Assembly (NCBI GenBank): GCA_951406725.2
Contig: OX597833.1
Span: 55,118,001-55,182,000, forward strand
Length of the DNA stretch: 64,000 nt
DNA from: Octopus vulgaris
Taxonomy: Eukaryota
Reading direction: 5' to 3'
A program made the translations under genes and the position numbers. Positions 1 to 14,230 of the stretch are shown piece by piece. Within the stretch, counting starts at the first letter, position 1, and each line of letters begins with the position of its first letter. The notes below the pieces were generated by a model. The model did no database searches. It saw only the letters and a program-made list of their open reading frames with translations, and was not told the origin of the DNA.

Positions 1-1162
1 CATGCTAGCATGAACAATATACATTAAACGATGATGATGATGATGATATATATATATATATATGTATAATGTGAGGGTGCATTGCCTAATGGTCATGGTA
101 TTGCACTTACCATCATGAGATCACGAGGTTGTGGTTTCAATTTGTAGACCAGGTGGTGAGTTGTATTCTTGAGCATAGTGCTTCATCTCATCATCATCAT
201 CATCATCATCAACACTTCATCAAGTCTTGTCTAGACATTGTGTGACGGTTGTAAATGAGTGCCGTCGTTATACAAGTAAGATAGTTCATTCCTTCCAGTC
301 TTCCAGGAAAATATTACCTCGCTTGGAAACAAGGTGGCGGAGTTTGTGCCAGGAAAGGAAGGGCATCAAGCTGTAGTTAAAAAACCCACCTCGACCAATT
401 CCATTTGACCTGCTCATGCATAGAAAAGTGGATGTTCAATGATCTTCTTCTTCTTTGTCTTTGTCTTCTTCTTCTCCTTCTTCCTCTTCTTCTTCTTCTT
501 CTTCATCTTCTACTTCTTCTTCTCCTTCTCTTCCTCCTCCTTCTCCTTCCTCTTCTTCTTCCTCGACTTCTTCTTCTTCTCCTTCTCCTCCTCCTTCCTC
601 TTCTTCTTCCTCGACTTCCTCTTCTTCCTTGTCTTCCTCTTCTTCCTCTTCCACGTCTTTCTCGTCTTCCTCTTCTATCTCTTTTGTAGCCATGGCTCTA
701 ATGAAATACATTGCAGATGTGTATCTGTTAATTATGAAAATATAGGCAAGAATTTTCAGAGATTTTGTATTTAAAAAAACAAAAAACAACAAAAAACAAA
801 GAAAAAAAACAGAAAAACAAAAAAACATCATCGAAGTTGGTGTTGGAAACATAACTTAGCGAAAAAATTCTTCACGTAGAATCACAACTTCATGTTTTAA
901 TTTAAATATGAATGCTTTCAAAATGAGATGATTTTGTATCACAGAACCAAACCTGAAGCAGTCTCAGACAGGTCTGGAATCGGTTAATTTGCTTCGTTAC
1001 TTTTAGTTTGTTTAGTTTTGTTCCCCCTTTCTTTTTCGTTTTCTTTCGGAACGGTCTAGAAAATTCTTTAATGTTAGCAACATTAATACATAGCCCCCAC
1101 AGATAGAATGGGCGATAGAGATGGGTTTTTATTATTATCATCATTATTATTATTATTAGTAC

Positions 1163-1196
<34 letters not shown>

Positions 1197-1227
1197 GTTA
1201 GTATCATCATTATTATTATTATTAGTA

Positions 1228-1272
<45 letters not shown>

Positions 1273-1293
1273 GTATCATTATCATTATTAGTA

Positions 1294-1329
<36 letters not shown>

Positions 1330-2049
1330 GTAGTAGTAGTAGTAGTAGTAGTAGTAGCATTATTATTAGTATCATTATTATTATTATTATTATCATTATT
1401 ATTATTAGTTTGTTTGTTATATTTATTTATTTATTTATTTTTGAGTTGGCACGGAGGTTGTAAATCTTAGGGCGGAAACAGCGAAATGAGATAATGTAGT
1501 ATTTATGCTTTTCCTCTAAGACACAACTAGTATAAGCGAATTTGTGTCAGCAGGAAACGGTGGAAGTGATATATTCACTTATCTCCCTTACCTATTTTTT
1601 TTTTGTTTGTTTATTTATTTCTTTCTTTGTTTGTTTTTGCTATTTCACCACCACTATGCACTTTCAATGCCAAGCAATGTTCCAAAGCTGTGTTGGTTTA
1701 TTTCCTGTCACTAAATATTCTAAAGCCGGCCAGTAGAATTTTTATTATTTACTAGCCAGGGGAAGGCGAATGCAAACCAACTCCTACAGCCCTCAACATC
1801 TCTCAGACATTCACCAATTCTAGCTAAAATTGCCCTGGAAGCTTGTTTAAGAGATGTGCATTATTGCTATCTAGTTGAAATACATTTTAGACGATATTGC
1901 TTCAAACCGCCACTAAATTTGTATTTGCAAATAAAAATCTGAAGTCAACTCAGAACTTACAAAACTTGTTACAAAAACACTACCCTCAATGCTATTATTT
2001 CTTTTTCCCACTTATTTGTTCCTTCATGGAAAGATTATATTATTATTAA

Positions 2050-2095
<46 letters not shown>

Positions 2096-2214
2096 GAGTG
2101 AGAGAGCAGTGCATGCCATCAAAGTGACACTGGGGTAAAATATACGAAGCCCAGTATACCCATCATGATTACCCGTCTGATAAGGGTACACCAGGCACTT
2201 GATTATTATTATTA

Positions 2215-2250
<36 letters not shown>

Positions 2251-2350
2251 GAGTGAGAGAGCAGTGCATGCCATCAAAGTGACACTGGGGTAAAATATAC
2301 AAAGCCCAGTATATGCATCATGACTACCCGTCTGATAAGGGTACACTAGG
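2096..2350 (-). mobile_element. Two ~100-bp truncated family D copies (2096-2199, 2251-2350); another at 10672-10741
   Basis: Same fixed end as the long copies, truncated on the opposite side. Confidence 0.85.
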
Positions 2351-3495
2351 ATTATTATTATTATGATTATGATTATTATACACACGCAACAGATTATTAT
2401 TATTATCATCATTATGACTGGTATCTGTGCCAGTGGAGCGCTAAGAGTCACCATCCGAGCGTGATCATTGCCAGAGCAGCTAACTGGCTTCTGTGCCGGT
2501 GGCATGTGAAAAAACATTCAAGTGAGGTCGTTGACAGTGCCGCTGGACTGGTTCCTTTGCAGGTGGCACGACGTAAAAAACACCATTTGAGCGTGGCCGT
2601 TGCCAGCACCGCCTGTCTGGCCCTCGTGCCAGTGGCACATAAAGGCTTCCACTACAAGCCACTTGGTGGTGGTGGTGGTGGTGGCAGTGGTGGCGACGAC
2701 GACGACAATGAACTGGCAGAATTGTTAGCATGTCAGCAACATTTTGTCTGAGTTCAAATTCTTCCAAGTTCGACTTTCATCTTTTCGGGGTTCATAAATT
2801 TAGTGTCAGTGAAACACTGGGGTCGATGTAATTGACTTGGCTCCTCCAACCAAATTTCAGGCCTTTGTACCTATAGTAGGAAAGGATTATTATTATTATT
2901 ATTATTAATATTATTAGTATCATTATCATTATTATTATTATTATTTGCATATGTGTATGATGTTGTGAGGTGAGGTGGTCGTGGTGATGTCCTTGGTTTT
3001 AATGTCCCAAGATTAAGTGTCTTGTTATAAATTGAGTATCAAATAATTGAAGTACTAGTGTTGTAATGCCAGAATGAATGGGAAAATAGGTGATCTTAAT
3101 AGCCCGACACTTTGCTCAATACTTTGGCAGGAATAAAATACCTCATTTAATTCTGCTTGTAAAAAAAAAATCTTGCACCAAACATTATCTCTGTTTTGTT
3201 TTGTTTTGTTTTTATTCCATTTATTTATTTTGCTTTCGTAAGATTACAACTGCAAAACAAAAAAGGGAAAAGTGTAAAAAAAAGCGAAAATAGCTAAGAT
3301 TTGTATTCAAACAATAATGTCAGTTCGTCATTGCTGGCACAAGGGCCTTTGGAATTTAACGATTCCTGGTAAGAATGATTGTAACAAAATGTCCATTTGT
3401 TTATATCTGCAATGCAGTGACTGTTACTCTTCCTTCAAAATATCCAAGGATCCGTTTTAAATGCTTTATTATTATCATTATTATTATTATTATTA

Positions 3496-3527
<32 letters not shown>

Positions 3528-4631
3528 TATTTTTTTTTTTGGACTGATCAAATTCTTTGAGATCCATGAATAGTTTTTGCTAATTGGTGTTTCCGCACTA
3601 TGTTCTTTGATGCTGAAAAAAAAAATAGAATGTCTTTACGAATTGGAATCTTCTGCAAGAGTTGAATCTAAATTTGGGGGAACATTTTGGAGATTGCTGT
3701 GAAGAAATTCAGCTGGAGCTTATAGTTCCACATAAAAAGAACTGAATTTTAGGACAACTTCATTGATATTCAACTCCCAAGATTTCTATATTGGTTTTGG
3801 GATTCAAATCTTGTTTGAGTTGATTTTAACCATCTTTTGTGGGGTGGGGGTGAAAATTAGTACTGGTAATGTACTGGGGTTGCAAATTCACATCCTCGGG
3901 GAAATTTATAAAGAGTAGTAGATGGTTCTGGGTTCCATACTATTGTGTGCCACCTTGGATTGGACAAGGTGTCTTCAATTATAACCCGCAAATGACTGAA
4001 ACAAGTAAAAAAAAAAATAATAATCTTTGTTGTGATCAACACAATGGCTAAGCAACTGGGACAACTGAATGTAAAAAAAAAAAATAGACAGTGGGAGAGA
4101 TAGATCTATCTATTTATTCGTGTCAATGCCATTGTAGTGTATTGCTGAACAAGGCACATACCTCATTTCAATCTCTTTATCTAACGGTGTATATATATAT
4201 GTATATATAATATGATCTCCTGTCAGTTTATTGTTGGCTTTTTAATGAGAGTATAATGCTGCTGTAAAAATTTCCAATAATTTATCATAAACAGGATCCA
4301 AGAAACTATATCTTGGCTTAACTTATGCAGTATATCCAGAATAAGCTGTCACTTTTTCGATTGTATTCATTCATTCTCTCATTCTTTATTCTTTCCTTCA
4401 TTTCCATATGTGGAAAATTGACCTCAACACTGTATGTAGACCACTAAATATCATGTTAAGGTTTTCCAGTCATTTTGCAACTCTTCTGCTGGAAGAGACA
4501 TCTCTCTGGTTTGCTGCTAGAGGCATAAAATTTCCCACTGTGTAACCCTTTTGTGACCAGATAGCCAACGAAATGAAATTGTATGTACGTTTCCATTAAT
4601 TTTGAAAATAGTCTAGATATTGCAACTAGTT

Positions 4632-4794
4632 GTAGGAGTGGCTGTGTGGTAAGTAGCCCTGCTTAGAAACGACATGGTTCCGGGTTCATCCCCACTGCGT
4701 GGCACCGTGGGCAAGTGTCTTCTACTATATCCTCGGGCTGACCAAAGCCTTGTGAGTGGATTTGGTAGACGGAAACTGAAAGAAGCCCGTCGTG

Positions 4795-4831
<37 letters not shown>

Positions 4832-5027
4832 ATGTGTGTCTGTGCTTGTCTCCCCAACATCGCTTGACAACTGATGCTGGTGTGTTTACATGCCCGTAAC
4901 TTAGCGGTTCGGCAAAAGTACTAGGCTTACAAAGAATAAATCCTGGGGTCGATTTGCTTGACTAAAGGCAGTGCTCCAGCATGGCCACAGTCAAATGACT
5001 GAAACAAGTAAAAGAGTAAAGAGAGTA
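4632..5027 (+). mobile_element. SINE family A (~400 bp, tRNA-derived head, internal (TA)/(TG) microsatellite)
   Basis: A-box-like TGGCTGTGTGG, B-box-like GGGTTCATCCC, central GGGCAAGTGTCTT block, tail ...GACTGAAACAAGTAAAAGAG. Many near-identical copies in the window. Confidence 0.9.
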
Positions 5028-5869
5028 AGGAGTATTTATAAAACTGGTGTTTGGATCATAATTTGACAAAGAGGTTCATATATGCAATTAAAGATTTAAT
5101 TCAAATATCAGCAATTTAAAAGGAAAGGTTTTGTATAGTGGAATCAGAGGCAACATCACAATGATTAGCATTGAAAGGGTTAAAATGAAAGGTCGATACG
5201 TAACCCTATTCAATGATACACGACTCGTACAATACGTGACCCTTCGGTTATATAATAGTGTAAAGAAAGATTGTTGATTGCCACAATTCCCATGAGGCTT
5301 TTTCTTTATCTTATTTTTAATATAAAATTTCTTTTATGTAGTTCCAAAAGAACAGAAATAAACGTTCTCCTAGTTTAAGCATTGTCCAAGAGATTACAGA
5401 AATTATCCAATGGCAGTTTCTTTTTTTTTTCATTGCTTCCTTCTATTTATTTATTTTATGTTTTTTAAGAACATCTTGCCATTCTAGGTCTGAAGACAAT
5501 AGAATATAGTACTGAATGCATTATACTTCAGCTTGCTTTCTTTGATGGTTTGACTTCTGAACTTGCAAGTACAGAATCTCTGAACTGCCTTTCAGAAAAG
5601 AGAAGACAAAAATATCTTACTTCCCCACCGTTTCATTTTTGTATATACCCCACTCCCCAAGTTTTATTTCCAAAAGGTTTCATTGATCATGAATAAACCA
5701 AGTAACATCTAAATCTTTGTCTAAATTTAACCCTTTTTTGACCTAATTTCTTATGTGAAACGTTACATAATTCAAAAATAATCAAGATCTTCAAGAAATG
5801 TTCGTCAAAGAAGTTGTTTTCTTATTAAGCTTGTATTTGAAAAATAACTTAGCATTTAAACCGGCATTA

Positions 5870-5876
5870 ATAAATA

Positions 5877-5907
<31 letters not shown>

Positions 5908-6360
5908 ATATTAGGGAATAAATCCAAACTTACAGGGAAAAATCAGATTTAGGATTGAATCCAATTTTATAGTAAAATATTATATTATATTAAATTAGAG
6001 ACAAAACCACTATTAGGCAAAATGTGTGTGTGTGTCCTTTATACAAATCCACAATTTTTCAGTTAGAGGGCTTGTACTTTCTATGGTCATTCAAAACCGT
6101 CCAAGGGTGGTCGTGCACATCTTTACATTTCCCCAGTCACCCCGCAAAGACATTAAAAAATCAATAGAAGTTACTTTTTTGTGAATTTTCTATCCAGAAC
6201 CCAATCAAAATGCCTGAAACTTGATACGCCAATTGAATGCCAGCTAGCTGTATGTGATTGGTTGGAGATTTGGACAGTACTCGCATGTATGTGCGCACGC
6301 ATGCAGCTGTATATGCATGCACTAGCACTATGACCCGGTGTTGCCAGGTCATAGTGCTAG
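5870..6360 (+). mobile_element. Probable Helitron-like element; 5' end uncertain
   Basis: Ends GACCCGGTGTTGCCAGGTCATAGTGCTAG|T. Confidence 0.55.
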
Positions 6361-6791
6361 TAGCATTTAAACAGCCAAATCTGGTGAAAATATTCTATCT
6401 GTTTCATGTGCAAACCAGTCAGATCTAACCTTTCACCCCTACTTGAAAGCCATTCCAAAAATAAAAAATCGCATCATCAGAGCTTTGAGATAATGCATGA
6501 TTAATTGAAAACAATATGATTGAATAAGTACAACATTTGACTTATAAATCTGAAGGCTTTAGCATTCAGATTTATCTGTCAAATGTATGGTTAATAAAAA
6601 GGGTATAACATAAGACTGGAAGATTTTGGTTTAACTCTTTAGCATTTAAGCCAACTAGATCTGGCCTTGTACATCTACCGTACAATGCCATTCTAAAAAT
6701 GAACAATCACACCATCAAAATCTTAAAGCTACAAGATAATTCATAGTTAACTCAAAAGGATTAAAATAAATTAACATTACATTTGATTACA

Positions 6792-7135
6792 GTGAAGGCG
6801 CATGGCTCAGTGGTTAGAGTGTCGAGCTTACGATCGTGAGGTTGTGAGCTCGAATCCCGGACGGGGCTGCGTGTTGTGTTCTTGAGCAAGGCACTTTATT
6901 TCACGTTGCTCCAGTTCACTCAGCTGTAGAAATGAGTTGCGACGTCACAGGTGCCAAGCTGTATCGACCTTTGCCTTTCCCTTGGACAACATTGGAGAGG
7001 GGAGGCCGGTATGCATGGGCGACTGCTGGTCTTCCATAAAAAACAACCTTGCCCAGACTTGTGCCTCAGAGGGTATCTCTCTAGGTGCAAACCCATGGTC
7101 AGTGCCTGACCGAAGGGGGTCTTTACCCTTCTTTT
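6792..7135 (+). mobile_element. SINE family C (tRNA head plus V/CORE-like central block)
   Basis: TGGCTCAGTGGTTAG A-box, TCGAATCCC B-box, TGTGTTCTTGAGCAAG...CACTCAGCTGTAGAAATGAG. TTACATTTGAT is repeated on both sides. Confidence 0.85.
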
Positions 7136-7285
7136 ACATTTGATGGAGCAATTTGAATGCTAAAGGGTTAAATAGAAATACTAAAAAAAAGAAAAAATGC
7201 AGGATGGTTTTCTATCATGAAATGAGAGATAACTTCTTAGTGCATTAGTATGAAGAAAAAAGTAAAATTTATATCTTCTGGAATA

Positions 7286-7694
7286 GGCGCAGGAGTGGCT
7301 GTGTGGTAAGTAGCTTGCTTACCAACCACATGGTTCCGGGTTCAGTCCCACTGCGTGGCACCTTGGACAAGTGTCTTCTACTATAGCCTCGGGCCGGCCA
7401 AAACCTTGTGAGTGGATTTGGTAGACGGAAACTGAAAGAAGCCCGTCGTATATATGTATATATATATATATGTGTGTGTTTGCGTGTATGTTTGTGTGTC
7501 TGTATTTGTCCCCCTAGCATTGCTTGACAACCGATGCTGGTGTGTTTATGTCCCCGTCACTTAGCGGTTTGGCAAAAGAGACCGATAGAATAAGTACTGG
7601 GCTTACAAAGAATAAGTCCCGGGGTCGATTTGCTCGACTAAAGGCGGTGCTCTAGCATGGCCGCAGTCAAATGACTGAAACAAGTGAAAGAGTA
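7286..7694 (+). mobile_element. SINE family A
   Basis: Full-length copy, GCGCAGGAGTGGCTGTGTGG ... TGACTGAAACAAGT. Confidence 0.9.
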
Positions 7695-8169
7695 AATAGT
7701 ATTAACCCTTTTGAAATGCACAGTGTTTTGGTATGTGTAGCCAATAAGACTAAAATGCTTTTTCTATTGCAATTGAAATTGATGGGTGCATGCAGAAAAC
7801 AAAGGATAAAGTGTATAAAACTGGAGCAACTTGAAATGAAGGGTTTTGCTCGAGAACACAATGTGCTGCTCAGTCCAGGTATTGAACCCACAATCTAGCG
7901 ATCATGAATTCAACACTCTTACCACTAGACCATGCCCCTTCACACACACACACACACATTTGTAAATTGATGTTTGTGTGATGGTTGCAAATGTACATCA
8001 TGATCATCATCATCATTATCATCAACAAGTGAGGATGTTCTCTTCTAGTCTTCCTATAAATAATGTCTGGCCTTTGTGAAAATATTACCTAGCTTTGAAA
8101 CAGGTGAGGATTGGTGACAGGAAAGGCATCTGGCCATAGAACATCTGCCTCAACTGTTTCTGTCTAACC

Positions 8170-8172
<3 letters not shown>

Positions 8173-8205
<33 letters not shown>

Positions 8206-8603
8206 TCGACCATGGTCAAGACAATGGCATTTACCATGCTACGCCAGACTTCACGGTCCATCATAGCATTACGGAGGTCCTGTTGCTGGATGCCTGTATC
8301 CCTGGAGATTACATCAGGGTAGGAGAGTGTGCACCCTCTGGTATCGCGAGTAGATGGCTTCCAGAGGAGAAGAGTAGAAATTGCCTCGTTTTCAGCTCTA
8401 CAACAATGTCCAGCAAACTGGACTTTCCTACCTTTCACAAGAGATGACACAGGCGGTAGTTTCCCATATAATTGCATTTTGGTTGGATGACGCTTCCACG
8501 AGAGATTTTGAGCTCTCATAAGGAGGCGAGTGTAGGTTCCATCCAACAGCCTCTCAAACTTCTTTGATAACATCCAGGTTTCTGAGCCATATAGTAGAAT
8601 TGG
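8173..8603 (-). mobile_element. 5'-truncated RTE-type LINE fragment (C-terminal RT region) with (ATG)n tail and 12-bp TSD
   Basis: Minus strand reads PILLYGSETWMLSKKFERLLDGTYTRLLMRAQNLSW...QFAGHCCR...LLLWKP...AMMDREVWRSMV, typical of the RTE/RTEX ORF C-terminus. It ends in a TGA/ATG repeat. TSD TGTCTAACCCAT at 8161-8172 and 8604-8615. Inserted into an older family-E element. Confidence 0.9.
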
Positions 8604-9481
8604 TGTCTAACCCATGCCAGCATGGAGAAATTGACATGATAATGAAAACAGTATCCTGTTCGGGGGGGGGGGGGCAAGGAGGGAGAGGGAGCTAGGTGCA
8701 CATGACCTTGAATTCACATCATAGATATTGCGGAGTTCAAAGTTGAGTACCATTTTCCTCCAATCCTTTAAAGTATGTTCTATTGAAATGCAGAGCTTCA
8801 TTTAGTGTTGATTTGGAAAAGAAAAAAAAAAAAAGAAAAAGAAAAACTGTTCCCTTGGGGTCGAAATTTGTTTGTCTGCTCTTGTTGGTTGTAGGCTGGG
8901 AACTAATAGAATTAACTTCATTTATTCCAGAAGTAGGTCTCCGCTAAGGGGGAGGAGTTTGTTTAGCTTGATTGAATGTTGATTTACAATGAAACTACAT
9001 ACAATCACTAGAATTAAAAGGGCATCACTAGCAGCAGCAGCAGTAGTAGTAGTCGTCGTCGTCTGCATCAACAAGTGTCAGTTTGGTTCAGACACAAAGA
9101 ATTATACCAACACACTGCTAAAATCATCAGAATGCTAGACAAAATGCTCAGTGGTATTTTGTCCATCTTTCTGTTCTGAGTTCAAATTCCATTAAGGTTG
9201 ATTTTTGCCTTTTAACATTTTGGGGTGGATGAAAATAAAGTGCCAATGAAGTACTGGGATCGATGTAATTCACTAGCCCTCATCCTCTGAATTGCTGGCT
9301 TTCTACCAAAATTTGAAATTATTATTATTATCGTTATATTTTCGTTGTTATCTCTGGAATTTTTACACGTTTTTTTTGCAAACGGACGAAACCCTTTGTA
9401 ATTTTTGTCTTGTGATTTGTCCCTTTATGTTTTAATTAATTTTTGTCAGCCCTTGTGGCCAATAAACAAATTAATTAATTA

Positions 9482-9523
<42 letters not shown>

Positions 9524-9554
9524 AATAGTAATAATAATAATGAGGAGGAGGAGG

Positions 9555-9772
9555 AGGTGATGAGCTAGCAGAATCATTAACATGCCAGGTGAAATGCTTA
9601 GCAGTATTTTGTCTACCGCTACGTTCTAAGTTCAAATCCCGCCAAAGTTGACTTTGCCTTTCGTCCTTTCGGGGTCGATAAATTAAGTACCTGTGGGACA
9701 CTGGGTTTGATGTAATTGACTAGTCCCCTCCCCCAAAATTTCAGGCCTTGTGCCTATAGTGGAAAGGATTAT
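9555..9772 (+). mobile_element. SINE family B (~270 bp, tRNA-like head); diverged relatives at ~2715-2890, 9115-9320, 29535-29740, 45112-45328
   Basis: GAGCTAGCAGAA...GTTCAAATCC B-box, then a GACTTTGCCTTTCATCCTTTCGGGGTCGATAAATTAAGTACC-type block. From memory this resembles the Meta-SINE central domain. Confidence 0.8.
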
Positions 9773-9909
9773 TAACATCATTTACGTTCTGTTTTCAAAT
9801 GCTGCTCAGATCAATTTTGTCTTTCATCATTTTGGGGTCAATGAAATAGTAAGTCGAGTATCTCAGGCCTTGTGTCAATAGTAGAATGAATTATTATTAT
9901 TATTATTAT

Positions 9910-10292
9910 GCGTAGGGGTGGTTGTGTGGTAAGTAGCTTGCATGGCACCTTCTACTATAGCCTTGGGCTGACAAAAGCCTTGTGAGATGATTTAGTAGAC
10001 AGAAACTGAAAGAAGCCCGTCGTATACATGTGTATATATATATATATGTATGTGTTTGTGTATATGTTTGTGTGTCTGTGTTTGTGCCCCCCCTCCCCCC
10101 ACAAATCACTTGACAACCAATGTTGTCAAGTGTGTTTACATGCCTGTAACATAGCGGTTCAGCAAAAGAGACCGATAGAATAAGTACTAGGCTTACAAAG
10201 AATAAGTCCTGGGGTCGATTTGCTCAACTAAAGGCAGTGCTTCAGTATGGCCACAGTCAAATGACTGAAACAAGTAAAAGAGAGTAAAGAGT
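9910..10292 (+). mobile_element. SINE family A, internally deleted head
   Basis: Matches family A but lacks most of the B-box region. Confidence 0.85.
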
Positions 10293-10485
10293 TATTATTA
10301 TTATTATCATTATTATTATTATTATTATTATTATTTTTTTTTTTTTTTTTTCTTTCAAATAATTACTTCAACTTTTGCCTGAAGCAAATCAGAGATAAAT
10401 TTCTAACATTGTTTATTGGATTTTCTTTTTCTTTTCTTTTTTATTTAATTGCTTTGAATATTTTCATGTTATGTCATATATATAG

Positions 10486-10583
10486 GAGTGTTCTACCTAC
10501 AAACATTGAAATTTACTTGTTTTCGTCTGTCGAAAACTTTGCTTGCAATTCTCGCAACAAACAAGGAATCAGTGGAGTTGTTG
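10486..10583 (+). other. Candidate 98-nt exon
   Basis: AG|G start and TTG|GTAAGC donor, two open frames, weak polypyrimidine tract. Confidence 0.2.
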
Positions 10584-11464
10584 GTAAGCCTGCTGAAAAA
10601 CTGTCTGAAAAATGCACAGACAGTTCTTTGTCACTGTCTGTGCATTTTTTTAATTATTTTATATTATTATTGAGTGAGTGAGCAGTGCATGCCATCAAAG
10701 TGAAACTGGGGTAAAATATACGAAGCCCAGTACACCCATCACACACATGCACACACACACACATGCACACACACACACACATATATATCATCATCATCAT
10801 CATCATAGAAAGTGGACGCTAAACGATAATGATGATGATATATATATGTATGTGTGTGTGTATATATGTATTTATATATGTGTGTATGTATATATATATA
10901 TGTATGTGCGTATATATATATGTATATATATATGTATGTATATTTAAAACACATAACAAAACTTATTAGACTAGCAGCTTACCAATTCAAGTTCTTCTCA
11001 TTCATTCTGTTAGATACAGCAGTGGGTGGGTGGGTGGGAGTGAGGGTCGGGGATGGGTTTGGGGCAGGGCGGGGATACATCGGACAATACAGTTTTAGGT
11101 ACACTGTCTGTGCAGAAGGAAAAAAAAAAAAAACAAGAAGAAAAGCTTATGGGATGTTTGCAATTGAAATGCTTTTCTGATCATGGTTTTCTTTTACCCT
11201 GTCAGAATTGACCCAGGGTTAAACAAAAAGAGCAGCACCAGCAACAGCAGCAGCAATAATAATCACTATCCTTATATTTAGTGAGTAACCCTTTCACCTT
11301 TTAACTGGTTTTAACTTGGCCCTATTGCAAATAATGGCATATTACTATATCTTGGCTCAGTCTGCCTGTCTGACCATTTGCTTTTCATTGTTCTCGTCCT
11401 GCTTTTTTTTTTTTATGGTTGAATGGTTTGGTAGAAGCATAAAATCTGCATCTGAATGGTATCT

Positions 11465-12617
11465 GTCCGTCTGTCTGTCTGTCTGTCTGTCTGTCCAATC
11501 TCTCTGTCCTCCCCACTTCTCTTTCTCTCTCTCTCTCTCTCTCTCCCCTCTCTCCGTCTATCTCTGTCTCTTTCTCTCTCTCTCTCTCCTCTCTCCATCT
11601 ACCTCTGTCTCTTTCTCTCTCTCTCTCTCTCTCTCCTCTCTCCCCATCTAACTCTGTCTCTTTCTCTCTCTCTCTCTCTCCTCTCTTTCCTCCTACCTAT
11701 GTCTCTTTCTTTCTCTCTCTCTCTCCTCTCTCTCCATCTTCCTCTGTCTCTTTCTTTCTCTCCCCTCTCTCTCCATCTATCTCTGTCTCTTTCTCTCTCC
11801 TCTCTCTCCATCTACCTCTGTCTCTTTCTCTCTCTCTCTCCTCTCTCTCCATCTACCTCTGCCTTTTTCTCTCAAACGCATTTATGGATAAATTGGATTG
11901 CAAAACTAATTACACACACACACACACTCCCACACAGACACAGACACACACACAAACATTTTTTTTTTTATGTTGCAAAGGAAGGAAGGGAGGGTGGGGT
12001 AGTTATTTTAATTTTCTGGAGTTTTTATTTTCATTGGAAACACCCTTTCATCTTCCAGCTACTATTTATGTCTCAGGACCTTGGCACTGGTCAAAGGTCA
12101 CAGAGAGGAAAAGGACAAGGAGGGAGAGGGGTACTTTTCATCTTTTTTTTTTGTTTTACTTATCTAAACAGCTTTTTATTATTTTTATTTTATTTATTTT
12201 CTTATTTTTAACCAAAACAAACTGCATGTTGTTTTCTTGTTTTTTTTTTTCATTCAAACTCACCTTCTTCCTTTTTTTTTAATATCCTTCAAGTCTCCTA
12301 ATATTTTTTTTCTCTTTTACCAAATGAAAAATATTCCATAAAAAAACTCATTCTCTTTTTCTCTCTCTCTCTCTGTATATATATATATGTGTGTGTGTAT
12401 ATATATATATATGTATATATTTGTATATATGTATATATATATGTATATATGTATTTATATATGTGTGTATATGTATATATCTATATATGTAGATATATGT
12501 ATATATGTATATATATGTATGTATATGTATCTATATGTGTATATGTATATATCTATATATGTAGATATATGTATATATGTATATATCTATATATGTATAT
12601 ATATGTGTGTATATATG

Positions 12618-12685
<68 letters not shown>

Positions 12686-13672
12686 TGTATATATATGTGT
12701 GTATATATATATATAATATATATATACCTTTATCTATCTATCGTCTATCTCTCTCCCTCATTCTGTTTCTCTATCTCTTTCTCCATATATCTGTCTATCT
12801 ATCTATCTTTGTTCCTCCCTCCCTCTCTCTCTCTCTCTCTCTCTGTTTTGCCATCCATCTATCAATTTCTTTCCCTTGTTTCAAAAATTTCGTTTCCTCT
12901 TTACCATCTCACTTTTACTCTTTCCTCTATCTCTTTCCCTCCTCTTCCTTTTCTCTCTCTCTCTCCTGTCTCTTTTTCTTTGCCTTTCTTCTCCGTCTTT
13001 CTTTTTTCCTTTCTCTCCACCTCTTTATCTCTCCATACAGCTACCTTCCCCTCTACATCCCGCATTCTATCTTTACATATTTTACTCCTTCTCCCCACTT
13101 CTATTCTCTCCTTCTCTCTTCTCTCAATCTCTTCCTATAAACTTGTGAAGGTGCATGGCTTAGTGGTTTGGGTATTCGGCCCATGATTCTAAGATCATGA
13201 GTTCAGTACACGGTGGTGCCTTGCGTCCTTGAGCAAGACTCTTTATCTCATGTTGCTCGAGTTCACTCACCTGGCAAGAATGAGATGTACCTGTATTTCA
13301 AAGGGCCAGCCTTGTAAATACTCTGTGTCACACTGAATCTCCCCTGAGAACTTACTTTAAGGGTATGTGTGTCTATGGGGTGCACAGCCACTTGCATGTT
13401 TATTTCACAAGCTGGCTGTCCTGGTGATGGGATCAAACGGGGCCCTTGTCATTGTATCATCCTGTACTTCTCTTCTATTACTCTTTTGGTTCTACTCTCT
13501 CTTTATTTCTCTTTTTCCTTCATCTTTTTCCTCTCTGTTTTCTTTATTTCACCATCTGTCTGTCTGTGTGTCTCCGTGTCTCTCTGTCTGTGTCTGCCTC
13601 TCTCACTCTCTCTATTTCTGTCTGTCTCTCTTTCTGCCTCTCACTCTCTCTGTATTTCTGTCTGTCTCTCTT

Positions 13673-13737
<65 letters not shown>

Positions 13738-14230
13738 TTCTGTCTGTCTCTTTGTCTTTCCCTTCTATCACTCTTGTTTCTCTCTCCCTCTCTTTCTGCC
13801 TCTCTCTCCACCTCTCTCACTCTCTCTGTCTTTCTACCTTTCTCTTCTGTCACTCTTGTTTCTCTCTCCCTCTCTTTCTGCCTCTTTCTCCAGCTCTCTC
13901 ACTCTCTCTGTCTTTCTACCTTTCTCTTCTATCCCTCTTGTTTCTTTCTCCCTCTCTTTCTGCCTATCTCTCTCCACCTCTTTCACTCTCTCTCTTTCTA
14001 CCTTTCTCTTCTATCACTCTTGTTTCTCTCTCTCCCTTTCTCCTGCATCTCTACCTCTCCTCTATCACCATTTCTGTTTTTTTTCTTTTTTCCTCAACTT
14101 ATTCATTTTACTCTCTCCTTTAGCCCTACCCCTTATTTCTCTTTCATCTCTCTCCGTTTTCTCCCACCCCCTCTTTCATTCTCCTTCATCTTTTCTCTAA
14201 TATTCCACCTTTGCCCCCCCCCCACTTCTC
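11465..14230. repeat. Low-complexity block: (CT)n-rich tracts 11465-11870, 12730-13135, 13490-14230 and (AT/GT)n 12375-12725
   Basis: Direct reading. Confidence 0.9.

Noticed and set aside
690-985. Possible small + strand exons after the CTT tract
   Set aside because: Donors are non-canonical or weak, and the peptides are not recognisable.
3690-3730. EEIQLELI motif reminiscent of hAT transposase
   Set aside because: Too short, with no TIRs or supporting frame.
6792-6875. tRNA genes (also ~20310-20390 and 27810-27880)
   Set aside because: These are SINE heads with A/B boxes continuing into SINE bodies; no complete cloverleaf is supported.
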